Shown one piece after another: positions 1-9,192 of a DNA stretch of 64,000 nucleotides (positions are counted from its first letter, which is position 1; each line of letters starts with the position of its first letter). A program made the translations under genes and the position numbers. The notes under the pieces were generated by a model. That model worked only from the letters and a program-made list of their open reading frames with translations. It did no database searches and had not been told where the DNA came from. Origin of the DNA: Candidatus Eiseniibacteriota bacterium. Its GTDB lineage: Bacteria > Eisenbacteria > RBG-16-71-46 > CAZAMP01. The stretch covers positions 3,968,001 to 4,032,000 of the forward strand of contig OZ245046.1 of the NCBI GenBank assembly GCA_965224245.1, given 5' to 3'.

Positions 1-933
1 CGGCTCGCCGGCCTCCTCGCGGTGGTCGTTCCCCACCTGGGCTGGCGGCTCGCCTACTACGGCGCTCTCGTCCCGAACACCTACTTCGCCAAGGTCGGAT
101 GGGGTCCCGCCGTGGTCGAGCGCGGTCTGGCCGGCCTCTCGCAATCGGGCGGACTGGTGCAGTTCCTGGGCACGTTCCGGGGCCTCCTGGCCGCGCTCGC
201 GCTCCTGTCGTGGACGCTCGCGCCGCGCACGCGACTGGGCAATCTGCTCGCGCTGCTGTGCGCGGGCTGGATCGCGTATGTCGCCGTCGGCATCGGCCTG
301 CCCAACTGGAGCCTCTGGTACACGATGCCGATCGATCTGTTCGCCGCCCTCTCGCTGGCCTGGAACGTGCCGCGGATCTCGGAGGGGACCGCCCGCACCC
401 CCTCGCGCGTTCTCGTCGCCCTGGCCGTGGCGATGATCCTGGTGGGCAACCTCTCGGGGGCGATCGCCAGGCATCGTCTCGGGGGAGCACCGTTCGGTCT
501 GGCGCCCGTCGATCCGCCGGATCGGTCTCAGGTCAACGCGTTCATCGCGATCGGAAAGAAGCTCGGCGAGATCGCCGCGCCGGGCGAGTCGGTGGCCGTC
601 GGCGCCTGCGGAGCCATCCCGTACTACTCGGAGCTCGAGACGATCGACGTGCTCGGGCTCAACGATCGCCACATCGCCCGAACGCCGTTCACCGGTGAGA
701 TCACCGACGCCTTCGGGCACGAGAAGGGTGACGGCGCGTACGTGCTGTCACGACGCCCCACGTACATGATCCCGCTGCCGATCCTGACCCCACGTCCCAA
801 CCCCGGTCGCTCCGAGTTCGAGCGGAGCTTCGTCGAGATCTTCCGGTCGCCGGAGTTTCCTCGACACTACGAGTTCAAGAGCATCGAGATCGCGCCGGGT
901 CAGCACTTCAACTACTACGAGCGCAAGCGCTGA
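1..933 (+). CDS. Multi-pass membrane protein, GT-C-like glycosyltransferase (5' truncated by window edge)
   Basis: Frame open from base 1; TM helices; YYGALVPNTYFAK and AIPYYS..IDVLGLND..GHEKGD motifs typical of uncharacterised GT-C-like membrane proteins. Confidence 0.6.
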   Translation, partial: RLAGLLAVVVPHLGWRLAYYGALVPNTYFAKVGWGPAVVERGLAGLSQSGGLVQFLGTFRGLLAALALLSWTLAPRTRLGNLLALLCAGWIAYVAVGIGLPNWSLWYTMPIDLFAALSLAWNVPRISEGTARTPSRVLVALAVAMILVGNLSGAIARHRLGGAPFGLAPVDPPDRSQVNAFIAIGKKLGEIAAPGESVAVGACGAIPYYSELETIDVLGLNDRHIARTPFTGEITDAFGHEKGDGAYVLSRRPTYMIPLPILTPRPNPGRSEFERSFVEIFRSPEFPRHYEFKSIEIAPGQHFNYYERKR

Positions 934-951
934 CGCCTTCGCTCCTCAACC

Positions 952-981
952 CGGCCATCCCTGGCCGCAATGGCCCTTTTT
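952..981 (+). terminator. Possible intrinsic terminator after the first gene
   Basis: GGCCAT...ATGGCC stem followed by CTTTTT. Confidence 0.4.
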
Positions 982-985
982 GGTC

Positions 986-1014
986 TTGACAGCCCGTCGC
1001 ACCAAAAGTATGGT
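986..1014 (+). promoter_or_regulatory. sigma70-type promoter with no downstream sense ORF
   Basis: TTGACA(986-991), 17 nt, TATGGT(1009-1014); TTTTGGT/ACCAAAA inverted repeat flanks the -35 box. Confidence 0.65.
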
Positions 1015-1020
1015 CCGTTG

Positions 1021-1105
1021 GCCTGAGCGCTTCACGAGGCGAGGCGGGAACCGTGCCCCCCGAGTTGCGATGCTGGATGCACTCCTGGATCCCGTCTCGC
1101 CGCCC
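1021..1105 (+). ncRNA. Candidate small structured RNA (unknown family)
   Basis: Directly downstream of the promoter; 12-bp stem 1038-1049/1090-1101 with a G-U pair on the + strand and an inner GAGT(T)GC/GCACTC stem. Confidence 0.4.
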
Positions 1106-2563
1106 TCATCGCTTCCAGAACGCGGGCACGAACAGGGCCATCAGCGTGTAGATCTCGAGCCTTCCGAGCAGCATGCACGTCGCCAGGACGAACTTGCCCG
1201 CCGGAGGAATGGCCGCGAAGTTGCGAGCCGGCCCCACGTCGGCCAGGCCGGGCCCGATGTTGCCCATCGTCGCGATGACCGACGTCGCGGCCGTGACCGG
1301 GTCCAGACCCATCAACGCCATCAGCAGCGTGACCACGCCGTAGATCAGCATGAACAGGACGAAGTAACCCAGCACGGCGTCCACGGTCTCGTCCTTCAGC
1401 GATCGCCGGCTGATGCGGATCGAGCGCACGGCGTGGGGACGGAACCACCGGTACACGGCGATGTACGCGTACTTCGCCAGAACGATCACGCGAATGACCT
1501 TCATCCCCCCCGCCGTCGAGCCGGCGCTCCCCCCGATGAACATCAGCGTCACCAGCAGGAGCTTCGAGAACGAGGGCCATTGATCGAAGTTCCCGATCGC
1601 GAACCCGGTGGTGGTGAGGATGGATGCGACGTTGAAGACCGCATTGCGGACGGCGTCCGTGATCCTGGGAACGCTCCCCGATGCCGCCAGATCGACCGCG
1701 ATCAGCACCGCCGCCACCGCGAACACCGAGACGTAGGTCCGGAGCTCGTGGTCACGGAACACGCGCCCCCGTCGCGGACCGCGAAAGAGCAGGAAGTAGA
1801 GCGAGAAGTTGACGCCGGCGAGGATCATGAAGCACGTGATGATGATCTCGATCGCGAGGCTCTCGTACGCACCGACCGACGCGTTCCGGGTGGAGAAGCC
1901 GCCGCTGGCCACGGTCCCGAAGGTGTGACACAGCGCGTCCCGAAGCGTCATGCCCGCAGCCATCAGCGCGGTCGATTCGGTGACCGTCAGCGTGACGTAG
2001 ATGGCGAGAAGGTACACCGCGGTGTCCTTGATCCGCGGACTGATGCCCTCCTTCGACACGCCCGGAATCTCGGACCGAAACAGATGCCGCGCCCCCACGC
2101 CCATCTGGGGGAGGATCGCGATGAACAGCACGACGATCCCGATGCCGCCGAGCCAGTGCGTGAAGCTGCGCCAGAACAGGATGCTGTCCGGGAGCGACTC
2201 GATGTCGGTGATGACGCTGGAACCGGTCGTCGTGAACCCGGACATGCTCTCGAAGAATGCGTCGGCCGGACTCGTCAACGCTCCGGAGAGGAGGTACGGC
2301 AGCGCGCCCAGCGTGGCCGCCACGATCCATCCCAGCGCGACGACCCCGAGGCTCTCGCGAAGCAGCAGGTTCTGGCGCATCGCGCCGCGGCCCACGATGA
2401 CCAGCACGAGGCCGAGCGCGAGCGAGATCCCCATCGAGGCCAGAATCCCGCGCCTCGCCGCCTCCTCCCCGTTCCCGTACGCCCACAGAAGGGAGAACAC
2501 CATCGAGATGCCGATGACGAGCGTCAGTGTCCCGAGGAGCCAGGACACCATGCGGAAGTTCAC
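1106..2563 (-). CDS. trkH: Trk potassium uptake membrane protein
   Basis: FFESMSGFTTTGSS, GGSAGSTAGGMKV, MGNIGPG, MLLGRLEI motifs; GTG start at 2563 with GGAGG RBS. Confidence 0.95.
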   Translation of the reverse strand: MNFRMVSWLLGTLTLVIGISMVFSLLWAYGNGEEAARRGILASMGISLALGLVLVIVGRGAMRQNLLLRESLGVVALGWIVAATLGALPYLLSGALTSPADAFFESMSGFTTTGSSVITDIESLPDSILFWRSFTHWLGGIGIVVLFIAILPQMGVGARHLFRSEIPGVSKEGISPRIKDTAVYLLAIYVTLTVTESTALMAAGMTLRDALCHTFGTVASGGFSTRNASVGAYESLAIEIIITCFMILAGVNFSLYFLLFRGPRRGRVFRDHELRTYVSVFAVAAVLIAVDLAASGSVPRITDAVRNAVFNVASILTTTGFAIGNFDQWPSFSKLLLVTLMFIGGSAGSTAGGMKVIRVIVLAKYAYIAVYRWFRPHAVRSIRISRRSLKDETVDAVLGYFVLFMLIYGVVTLLMALMGLDPVTAATSVIATMGNIGPGLADVGPARNFAAIPPAGKFVLATCMLLGRLEIYTLMALFVPAFWKR

Positions 2564-2700
2564 GGTCGCGGCCTCCCTGGAGGATCGAGTCGACGATCCG
2601 TGCAGTCGTCGGTCCGGGCGAGACGGGCGGCAGCTTAGCAGGCTACTCGAGGCACGGCGAGGCGGCGTCGCTCCGGCTGACGGCGTGGGGTCTAAGTGCC

Positions 2701-2843
2701 GGGTCGACGAGGGTGGGGCGCTCCGTCGCTCCCCCCCACCCGATCTCACGGCCACGCCGTCAGCTCATTTCGTGTCGGAGCGGCTTTGCGAGGCACCGGT
2801 GTCGCACGAGTCGCGACTCCGGCCCCACCCTCGCCGACCCTAC
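2701..2843. repeat. Inverted-repeat pair (REP-doublet-like)
   Basis: 2701-2719 GGGTCGACGAGGGTGGGGC matches the reverse complement of 2822-2840 at 18/19; right end reads GTAGGG on the - strand; shares segments with the downstream array. Confidence 0.55.
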
Positions 2844-3146
2844 GTCGGGGGCCCGGGGCCGAGCGGCCATCGCACGGGGTCGGTCACGCCTGACGCCGGC
2901 ATCGACCGCGGCGGCCCGGCTCAGCGGGTGACGCCGACGCACGACGCGCGTCGTGACCGGTCGCGCACCGCCGGAGGCCGTGCCACTCGATGGCCCGCCG
3001 TTGCGGAGCACGTATACCCGGGTACACGGCGACCGATAGCCCACTCGACGGGCGATCTCCTATGCCCCTCACATCGTCGGGTGCGCAACTCCCGGGTGCG
3101 CGTCACCACCGCAGAAACCGATGCGAGCCGAACGCCCCCGTATCGC

Positions 3147-3880
3147 CCACCGCGTGAGGGGGCGACGGGGGTGGTGTCGCCGGAGCGACTGATGCGACCC
3201 CCACGTCCCCCGGAGCCCCTCCGACACGAAATGATGCCCCCACCCGATCTCACGCCCCCACCGCCAGCCGGAGCGCTGGCGACACCACCCCCGGCGCTCC
3301 CGACACGCGCCCCCGCCGTCGGGAACACCCGGGTGCAACACCCCACGAGGACCCCGCACCCAATCACACCCCCGACGCCGACCCCGGAAAACACTCCCGA
3401 GACCCCCACCGCGTGAGGGAGCGACGGGGGTGGTGTCGCCGGAGCGACTGATGCGACCCCCACGTCCCCCGGAGCCCCTCCGACACGAAATGATGCCCCC
3501 ACCCGATCTCACGCCCACACCGCCAGCCGGAGCGCAGGCGACACCACCCCCGTCGCTCCCGACACGCGCCCCCGCCGTCGGGAACACCCGGGTGCAACAC
3601 CCCACGAGCACCCCGCACCCAATCACACCCGCGACGCCGACCCCCGGAAAACACTCCCGAGACCCCCACCGCGTGAGGGAGCGACGGGGGTGGTGTCGCC
3701 GGAGCGACTGATGCGACACCCACACCCCCCGGAGCCGCTCCGACACGAAATGATGCCCCCACCCGATCTCACGCCCACACCGCCAGCCGGAGCGCAGGCG
3801 ACACCACCCCCGGCGCTCCCGACACGCGCCCCCGAGGGACCGCTGGCGACACCACCCCCGGCGCTCCCGACACGCGCCAC
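3147..3880. repeat. Tandem array of ~2.8 copies of a 259-260 bp unit with long internal inverted repeats (BIME/REPIN-like)
   Basis: CGCGTGAGGG recurs at 3151, 3410 and 3670; perfect 24-bp inverted repeat 3417-3440/3537-3560. Confidence 0.9.
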
Positions 3881-3913
3881 GGATTCTTCGAGCGACCCAG
3901 ACCGCCGCACACG

Positions 3914-3944
3914 AAAAAGCCCCGAGGGCCGAAGCCCTCGGGGC
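3914..3944 (-). terminator. Rho-independent terminator of the 3968-4654 gene
   Basis: GCCCCGAGGGC-loop-GCCCTCGGGGC 11-bp stem with a UUCG loop on the - strand, followed by TTTTT. Confidence 0.9.
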
Positions 3945-3967
3945 CAATCAGTCAGCTTTGGAGGAGC

Positions 3968-4654
3968 TTACTGATACAGCTTCTTGATCGACGACCACGA
4001 AGCCTCTTCGGTCGGCGTGCCCGGCTCGTTGTAGAGCAGGAACGCCAGGTCGTACGGAACGCCGAACACGTCCGTCGCCGGCGTCCAGTCGGCAAAGCCG
4101 AAGAAAGCCGAACGGAAGCAGGCCTGCTGACCGTCACCGACACCCGTCGCCGAACCGTACTGCGGCGGGAAGCAGAACACGGCCGTCACCGAGATGTGGT
4201 AGCTGACGCCGTCTGCCTTGTTGAACGGCGTGACCTGCGAGCAGTAGCCGTCAGGAGCGCCGAGCGTCTGGTTGTAGTCGCTCGTCTCGTCCGAGTAGAC
4301 CAGGTCGCCCGGGCAGCCGTCGGCGTCCGAGGTGTAGATCTCGATGCGGAACGCATCCGGAGGAAGCGGCGAACCGTTCCAGTACACGCCGTACCAGCCA
4401 ACGCCCACGATGTCGTTGCCGTCACCGAGGAAGTTGTCGGCGATCTGAGCCAGGAACGGGTAGCACTGGTCGTCCTGAGCCGCGAGACCGCTCGCGCCGT
4501 CCGGCTCCTGAACCCACTTGATCTCGCCTTCGCAATCGGTCGCATCGAGACCATCGAACTCGAGCGTGAACGGACCGCGCTCCAACTGCACTTCAGCGTT
4601 GGCCGAGATGGCGACTGCTGCCAGCACGGAAAAGAGGGCCGTAACCTTCTGCAT
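3968..4654 (-). CDS. Secreted acidic beta-rich protein with C-terminal SWSSIKKLYQ tail (probable surface protein)
   Basis: Signal peptide MQKVTALFSVLAAVAISANA; GAGGAG RBS; own promoter and terminator. Confidence 0.85.
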   Translation of the reverse strand: MQKVTALFSVLAAVAISANAEVQLERGPFTLEFDGLDATDCEGEIKWVQEPDGASGLAAQDDQCYPFLAQIADNFLGDGNDIVGVGWYGVYWNGSPLPPDAFRIEIYTSDADGCPGDLVYSDETSDYNQTLGAPDGYCSQVTPFNKADGVSYHISVTAVFCFPPQYGSATGVGDGQQACFRSAFFGFADWTPATDVFGVPYDLAFLLYNEPGTPTEEASWSSIKKLYQ

Positions 4655-4810
4655 GGATGCTCCTCGTGGTTGCGGTTCCGGTGGAACCAACCCCCCAAAA
4701 AAAATGTGACTCCACGTTGCGAAACGGCACCCCGGAGACGGCGCAAAATGTCGCCGAGGCACTCAGGCGCGTACGTTTGACCAGGACTTACTTTCAAACG
4801 CACGAGAGGA

Positions 4811-4840
4811 AGTATAGCGAGGTCGGTCCGGATTTGTCAA
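4811..4840 (-). promoter_or_regulatory. Near-consensus sigma70 promoter for the 3968-4654 gene
   Basis: TTGACA(4840-4835), 18 nt, TATACT(4816-4811). Confidence 0.75.
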
Positions 4841-4910
4841 CGGAAGCGCGCGCCGGGAAGGGATCGTGGCGCGGACCGACCGCCATCCCAAGACTTAAAT
4901 CCACAGGGAC

Positions 4911-5774
4911 TTACGGCGCCGACAATCGTCTTCTGGCTTCCCGGACGCCGTCCGGCTGTCCGAGATCGAATAGTCGGGACCCCAGCCGCACCCCGTGAAG
5001 GCGCCCCGCCTCCGCGAGCGCCTGGAAGCGGGGCACGTCGTCCAGCTCACCGGAGGTCGTCGCGTCGTCCGGCTCGAGCCGTGCGAACGCCGCGGGAACG
5101 ATCGACCGGCCCACCCCCCGCCAGATGACCGGGGCTCCGGCCGGAAACTCGAAAGGGCCCTTACGTTTGTCGCTCACCCGGCTTATCCGGACCGCATCGG
5201 GAAGGCCGGGTGCGCTCGTTTCCGACCTCTGGATCGGCTGCGTCTCGACCCGCCCGCAGTTGCCCATCCGGTCCGCCTCGGATCGCGTGACCTCGACCAG
5301 CGCCATGACCGGCATGCCGTACGCGTCGTACACCCGGCGGACGTCCGACGTCGGTGGCGCGTGTCCGGGCAGGAGATTGTCGGGCATGACGAGCGCAAAC
5401 GGCTCACCGTCCAGCCACGACTCGGCGAGGGAGAGCGCATCCACGACCCCCCGAGGCTCCGGCTGCTCGAAGAGGCGCCACTGGGGCCACCGATGCAGGG
5501 CGTCGGCCGGGATGCGCGCAGGATCGTAGAGCCGCCCGAGACGCGACGGGTCGGGGAACGCGGGAGGATGATCGAGGAACTCCGCCAGCTCGGGCTTGTC
5601 CGGGGAGACCACGACGGCCACGTCGGTGATGCCCGACAGGGCCAGCTCGATCAGTGCGAGCGCGATCATCGGCAATCCGCCGACGTCGATCATCTCCTTG
5701 GGAAGATCGCCGCGGACCGACGCCACGCGGGTTCCGCGGCCGGCCGCCGGAATGATCGCTCTGGTGACGCTCAT
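4911..5774 (-). CDS. Sugar-phosphate nucleotidyltransferase (GalU/RmlA-like)
   Basis: AIIPAAGRGTR...LPKEM, QPEPRG and FDLG motifs. Confidence 0.85.
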   Translation of the reverse strand: MSVTRAIIPAAGRGTRVASVRGDLPKEMIDVGGLPMIALALIELALSGITDVAVVVSPDKPELAEFLDHPPAFPDPSRLGRLYDPARIPADALHRWPQWRLFEQPEPRGVVDALSLAESWLDGEPFALVMPDNLLPGHAPPTSDVRRVYDAYGMPVMALVEVTRSEADRMGNCGRVETQPIQRSETSAPGLPDAVRISRVSDKRKGPFEFPAGAPVIWRGVGRSIVPAAFARLEPDDATTSGELDDVPRFQALAEAGRLHGVRLGSRLFDLGQPDGVREARRRLSAP

Positions 5775-5870
5775 CGTCGCTCACCTCGTTCCACCGTTGG
5801 CGCACGCGCCGCCGGTGCGCTAGCTTCTCTCGGTCCGTCCCGCCGCATATAACCAGAAAGGTCGCGCATC

Positions 5871-6902
5871 GTGAAAGCCGCCGTCTTCGATACCCACGGA
5901 GGGCCGGAGGTTCTCCGCATCGACGATGTCCCCACTCCCGAGCCGGAGGCGGGCGAGGTCCGCGTGTCGGTGCGCGCCTGCGGGCTCAATCACCTCGATC
6001 TCTTCGTGCGCCGCGGGATCCCCGGCGTCCCGCCGTCGCTCCCCCACGTGGGGGGGGCCGAGGTGGTCGGGCGCGTCGACGCGCTGGGGCCGGGGGTGAC
6101 CGGCTGGGTCGTCGGCGATCCGGTCATCGTGAACCCGACCTTGTTCTGCGGTGCGTGCGAGGAGTGTCTCCGCGGACGCCAGCCGCTGTGTGATCGGTTC
6201 GGCGTGCTCGGAGAGCACACGTGGGGCGGGCTGGCGGAGTACGTCGTCGTGCCCGCACGAAACCTGCTGGCGTTGCCGGCCGGCGTCGATCCGACCCACG
6301 CGGCCACGACCCCGCTCACGTTCCAGACGGCCTGGCGTGCGCTGTTCACGCAGGCTCGTCTGCGACCCGGCGAGTCGGTGCTGGTGCTCGGAGGGTCCGG
6401 CGGCGTGGCCGTCGCCGCCATCCAGATGGCAGCCGAGGCGGGCGCCGTCGTGTACGCCGTCACGTCAGGGGCCCGGAAGGTGGAGCAGGTGGCGGCGCTA
6501 GGCGCGCATCGCGTGTTCGATCGGTCCGAGACGTCGTTCGCCAGGGAGGTCTGGTCGGCGACCGGAAAGCGCGGCGTGGACGTCGTGGTCGAGAACGTGG
6601 GCGCGGCCACCTGGTCCGACAGCCTGCGGGCGCTGGCCCGCGGCGGTCGGCTGGTGACGTTCGGCGCGACGACGGGTCCGATCGGCGAGACGAACATCAA
6701 CCTCGTCTTCTGGCGCCAGCTCTCGATCATCGGGAGCACGATGGGGGCGCACGCGGACTTTCGCTCCGCCATGCGCTGGCTCGCCGAGGGAAAGGTGCGC
6801 CCGGTCGTCGACAGCGTGATCGCGCTGGAAGACATCCGGTCGGCGCACGAGCGACTCGAGAGTGGCGACGTCTTCGGCAAGCTCGTCATCCGAATCCGCT
6901 GA
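5871..6902 (+). CDS. Zinc-binding MDR dehydrogenase / quinone oxidoreductase
   Basis: GLNHLD, structural Zn motif CGACEEC..C, Rossmann LGGSGGVA, GKLV end. Confidence 0.9.
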   Translation: MKAAVFDTHGGPEVLRIDDVPTPEPEAGEVRVSVRACGLNHLDLFVRRGIPGVPPSLPHVGGAEVVGRVDALGPGVTGWVVGDPVIVNPTLFCGACEECLRGRQPLCDRFGVLGEHTWGGLAEYVVVPARNLLALPAGVDPTHAATTPLTFQTAWRALFTQARLRPGESVLVLGGSGGVAVAAIQMAAEAGAVVYAVTSGARKVEQVAALGAHRVFDRSETSFAREVWSATGKRGVDVVVENVGAATWSDSLRALARGGRLVTFGATTGPIGETNINLVFWRQLSIIGSTMGAHADFRSAMRWLAEGKVRPVVDSVIALEDIRSAHERLESGDVFGKLVIRIR

Positions 6903-6972
6903 CGGATCACCGACGAAACGCGCGGGCGCGGTGACGCGCGACGTGGACGAAAAGACAGTCGACGGAGGTTGC

Positions 6973-9111
6973 GTGTCCGAACGAGGACCCCGTGCGCCGC
7001 GGCGCCCGGTGACGCGAACGCTGCACGGCGTCTCGTGGGAAGATCCCTACGCCTGGATGAAGGACCCGAACTGGCAGCGGGTCATGAAGGACCCCGGGTC
7101 CCTCGACCCCGAGATCGCCCGGCATCTGGTGGCCGAGAACGAGCACGTGGAGCGCATCCTGTCCAGGACCGGCATGCTTCGCGAGACGCTCCTGGCCGAG
7201 CTCAAGGGTCGGATCAAGGAAGACGATTCGTCGGTTCCCACCCCCGACGGCGAGTGGAGCTACTTCCACCGATACCGGACCGGGGGCCAGCACCCGCTCT
7301 TCTGCCGCGTCCCGTCCGACGCCGACGACGTCGACGTCGAGGCGACCGGCGCCGGGGGCGATCCGGACGCGGCGGCCGCCGATGCCACGGTCATCATCGA
7401 CGGGGACGCCGAGAGCGCCGGCCATTCCTACTTCAGGCTCGTCGGCTATCGCCACAGCCCCGATCACCGGCTCGTCGCCTACGGACGAGACATCCAGGGC
7501 TCGGAGTTCTACGAGGTCCGGATCCGCGAGATCGAGAGCGGCCGCGAGCTCGGAGAGGTCATCCCGGATGCGTCGGGACAGATCGTGTGGTCCAACGACA
7601 GCCGGTCGTTCCTGTACACGAAGCTCGACGAGAGCCACCGGCCCTGCCGCGTCCATCGCCACGTGCTCGGGACCGACCCGGACGACGACGCGCTCGTGTA
7701 CGAGGAGTCCGATCCCGGCTACTTCGTGGCCCTCGGTCGCACGTCGAGCCGACGGTTCGCGGTGATCCGCGTTCACACCCACGGCACCAGCGAGTGTCAC
7801 CTCGTGGGTGCGGACACGCTGTCGGAGAGGCCGAGACTCGTGTCCCCCCGGACGACCGACGTCGAGTACGACGTGGACGACGACGGCGAGCGCCTGGTGA
7901 TCCTGACCAATGCGGACGACGCCGTGGACTTCAAGATCGTGGCGGCTCCCCCCGACGATCCGGGACGGGCGCGCTGGACCGACGTCGTGCCCGCCGTCGG
8001 AGGCCGGCTGATCCTCGACCACTTCGTCTTCGAGGAGTTCTATGTCCGGCTGGAGATGCGCGACGCGCTCCCCCGGATCGTCGTGACCGACCGCGCCGAC
8101 GGCGGTGAGCACGAGATCGCGTTCGATGAGCCGGCCTACGACCTCCGGATCGTGCCCGGTCATCGCTACGCGACGTCCACACTCCGTTACGCGTACAGCT
8201 CGATGACCACGCCCGACGAGACGACCGACTACGACATGCGCTCGCGTCGCCGCCGGCTGCGGAAACGACGCGAGATCCCGAGCGGACACGTCCCCGACCA
8301 CTATCGCACCCAGCGACTCTTCGCGGTCGCGGCCGACGGCGCGCGCGTGCCGATCACAGTTCTCCATCGTCGCGACACGCCGCTCGACGGATCTGCACCC
8401 TGCTTGCTGTACGCCTACGGATCGTACGGGAACTCGACGGCGGCGGACTTCCGCTCCTCGGCCCTACCCCTCGTGGATCGCGGGTTCGTGTACGCGATCG
8501 CGCACGTACGCGGCGGACGCGAGATGGGCCACGCCTGGTACACCGCGGGCAAGCTCGCACACAAGCCCAACACGTTCTCCGACTTCATCTGTGCCGCCGA
8601 GCACCTGGCGACGGCAGGCTACACGACGCGGGGAAACATCAGCTGCTACGGCGGGAGCGCCGGCGGCCTCCTGGTGGGGGCCGTCCTCAACCTGGCGCCC
8701 GACCTCTTCCGCGCCGCGGTCGCCCGCGTGCCGTTCGTCGACGTGCTCACGACGATGTGCGACGACTCCCTCCCGCTGACTCCGCTCGAGTACCCCGAGT
8801 GGGGCGATCCGGTGGCCGATGTCGAGGCGTTCGAGACCATCCGTTCCTACTCGCCCTACGACAACGTCCGGCCCGCGGCCTATCCGGATCTGATCGTGAC
8901 CGCCGGGCTCAGCGACCCGCGGGTGACCTACTGGGAGCCGGCGAAGTGGGTGGCCCGGCTCCGCGAAACCCGAACGGACGACGGACACACGCTGCTCTTC
9001 ACACACATGAGCGGCGGACACGGCGGCGCGTCGGGTCGGCTGGTCGCGCTGGAGGAGGTCGCGCTCGTCTACGCGTTCGTGCTCATGTCGCACGGCATGG
9101 TGGAACGCTAG
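6973..9111 (+). CDS. ptrB: Oligopeptidase B (S9A)
   Basis: DPYAW N-terminus, GGSAGG catalytic Ser, DPRV.YWEPAKW, GH; GTG start after GGAGG. Confidence 0.92.
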   Translation: MSERGPRAPRRPVTRTLHGVSWEDPYAWMKDPNWQRVMKDPGSLDPEIARHLVAENEHVERILSRTGMLRETLLAELKGRIKEDDSSVPTPDGEWSYFHRYRTGGQHPLFCRVPSDADDVDVEATGAGGDPDAAAADATVIIDGDAESAGHSYFRLVGYRHSPDHRLVAYGRDIQGSEFYEVRIREIESGRELGEVIPDASGQIVWSNDSRSFLYTKLDESHRPCRVHRHVLGTDPDDDALVYEESDPGYFVALGRTSSRRFAVIRVHTHGTSECHLVGADTLSERPRLVSPRTTDVEYDVDDDGERLVILTNADDAVDFKIVAAPPDDPGRARWTDVVPAVGGRLILDHFVFEEFYVRLEMRDALPRIVVTDRADGGEHEIAFDEPAYDLRIVPGHRYATSTLRYAYSSMTTPDETTDYDMRSRRRRLRKRREIPSGHVPDHYRTQRLFAVAADGARVPITVLHRRDTPLDGSAPCLLYAYGSYGNSTAADFRSSALPLVDRGFVYAIAHVRGGREMGHAWYTAGKLAHKPNTFSDFICAAEHLATAGYTTRGNISCYGGSAGGLLVGAVLNLAPDLFRAAVARVPFVDVLTTMCDDSLPLTPLEYPEWGDPVADVEAFETIRSYSPYDNVRPAAYPDLIVTAGLSDPRVTYWEPAKWVARLRETRTDDGHTLLFTHMSGGHGGASGRLVALEEVALVYAFVLMSHGMVER

Positions 9112-9192
9112 CGGCCGAGCCGCCGCGCCGCGGTGGTGCGATCGGCCTTCAACCCGTCTCCGGTGGCCTCCACCCGTCTCCGGGGTGGCGGC

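Noticed and set aside
1021..1105. SRP (4.5S) RNA
   Set aside because: GAACCGTG resembles the start of SRP domain IV, but the CAGG..GGAA..AGCAG core is absent
3147..3880. CRISPR array
   Set aside because: Units are ~260 bp and nearly identical throughout; no unique spacers and no cas genes
2001..3974. Pro/Gly/Arg-rich ORFs over the repeat region
   Set aside because: Repeat period of 259/260 is not a multiple of 3, so the frames shift between units; no RBS or protein motifs
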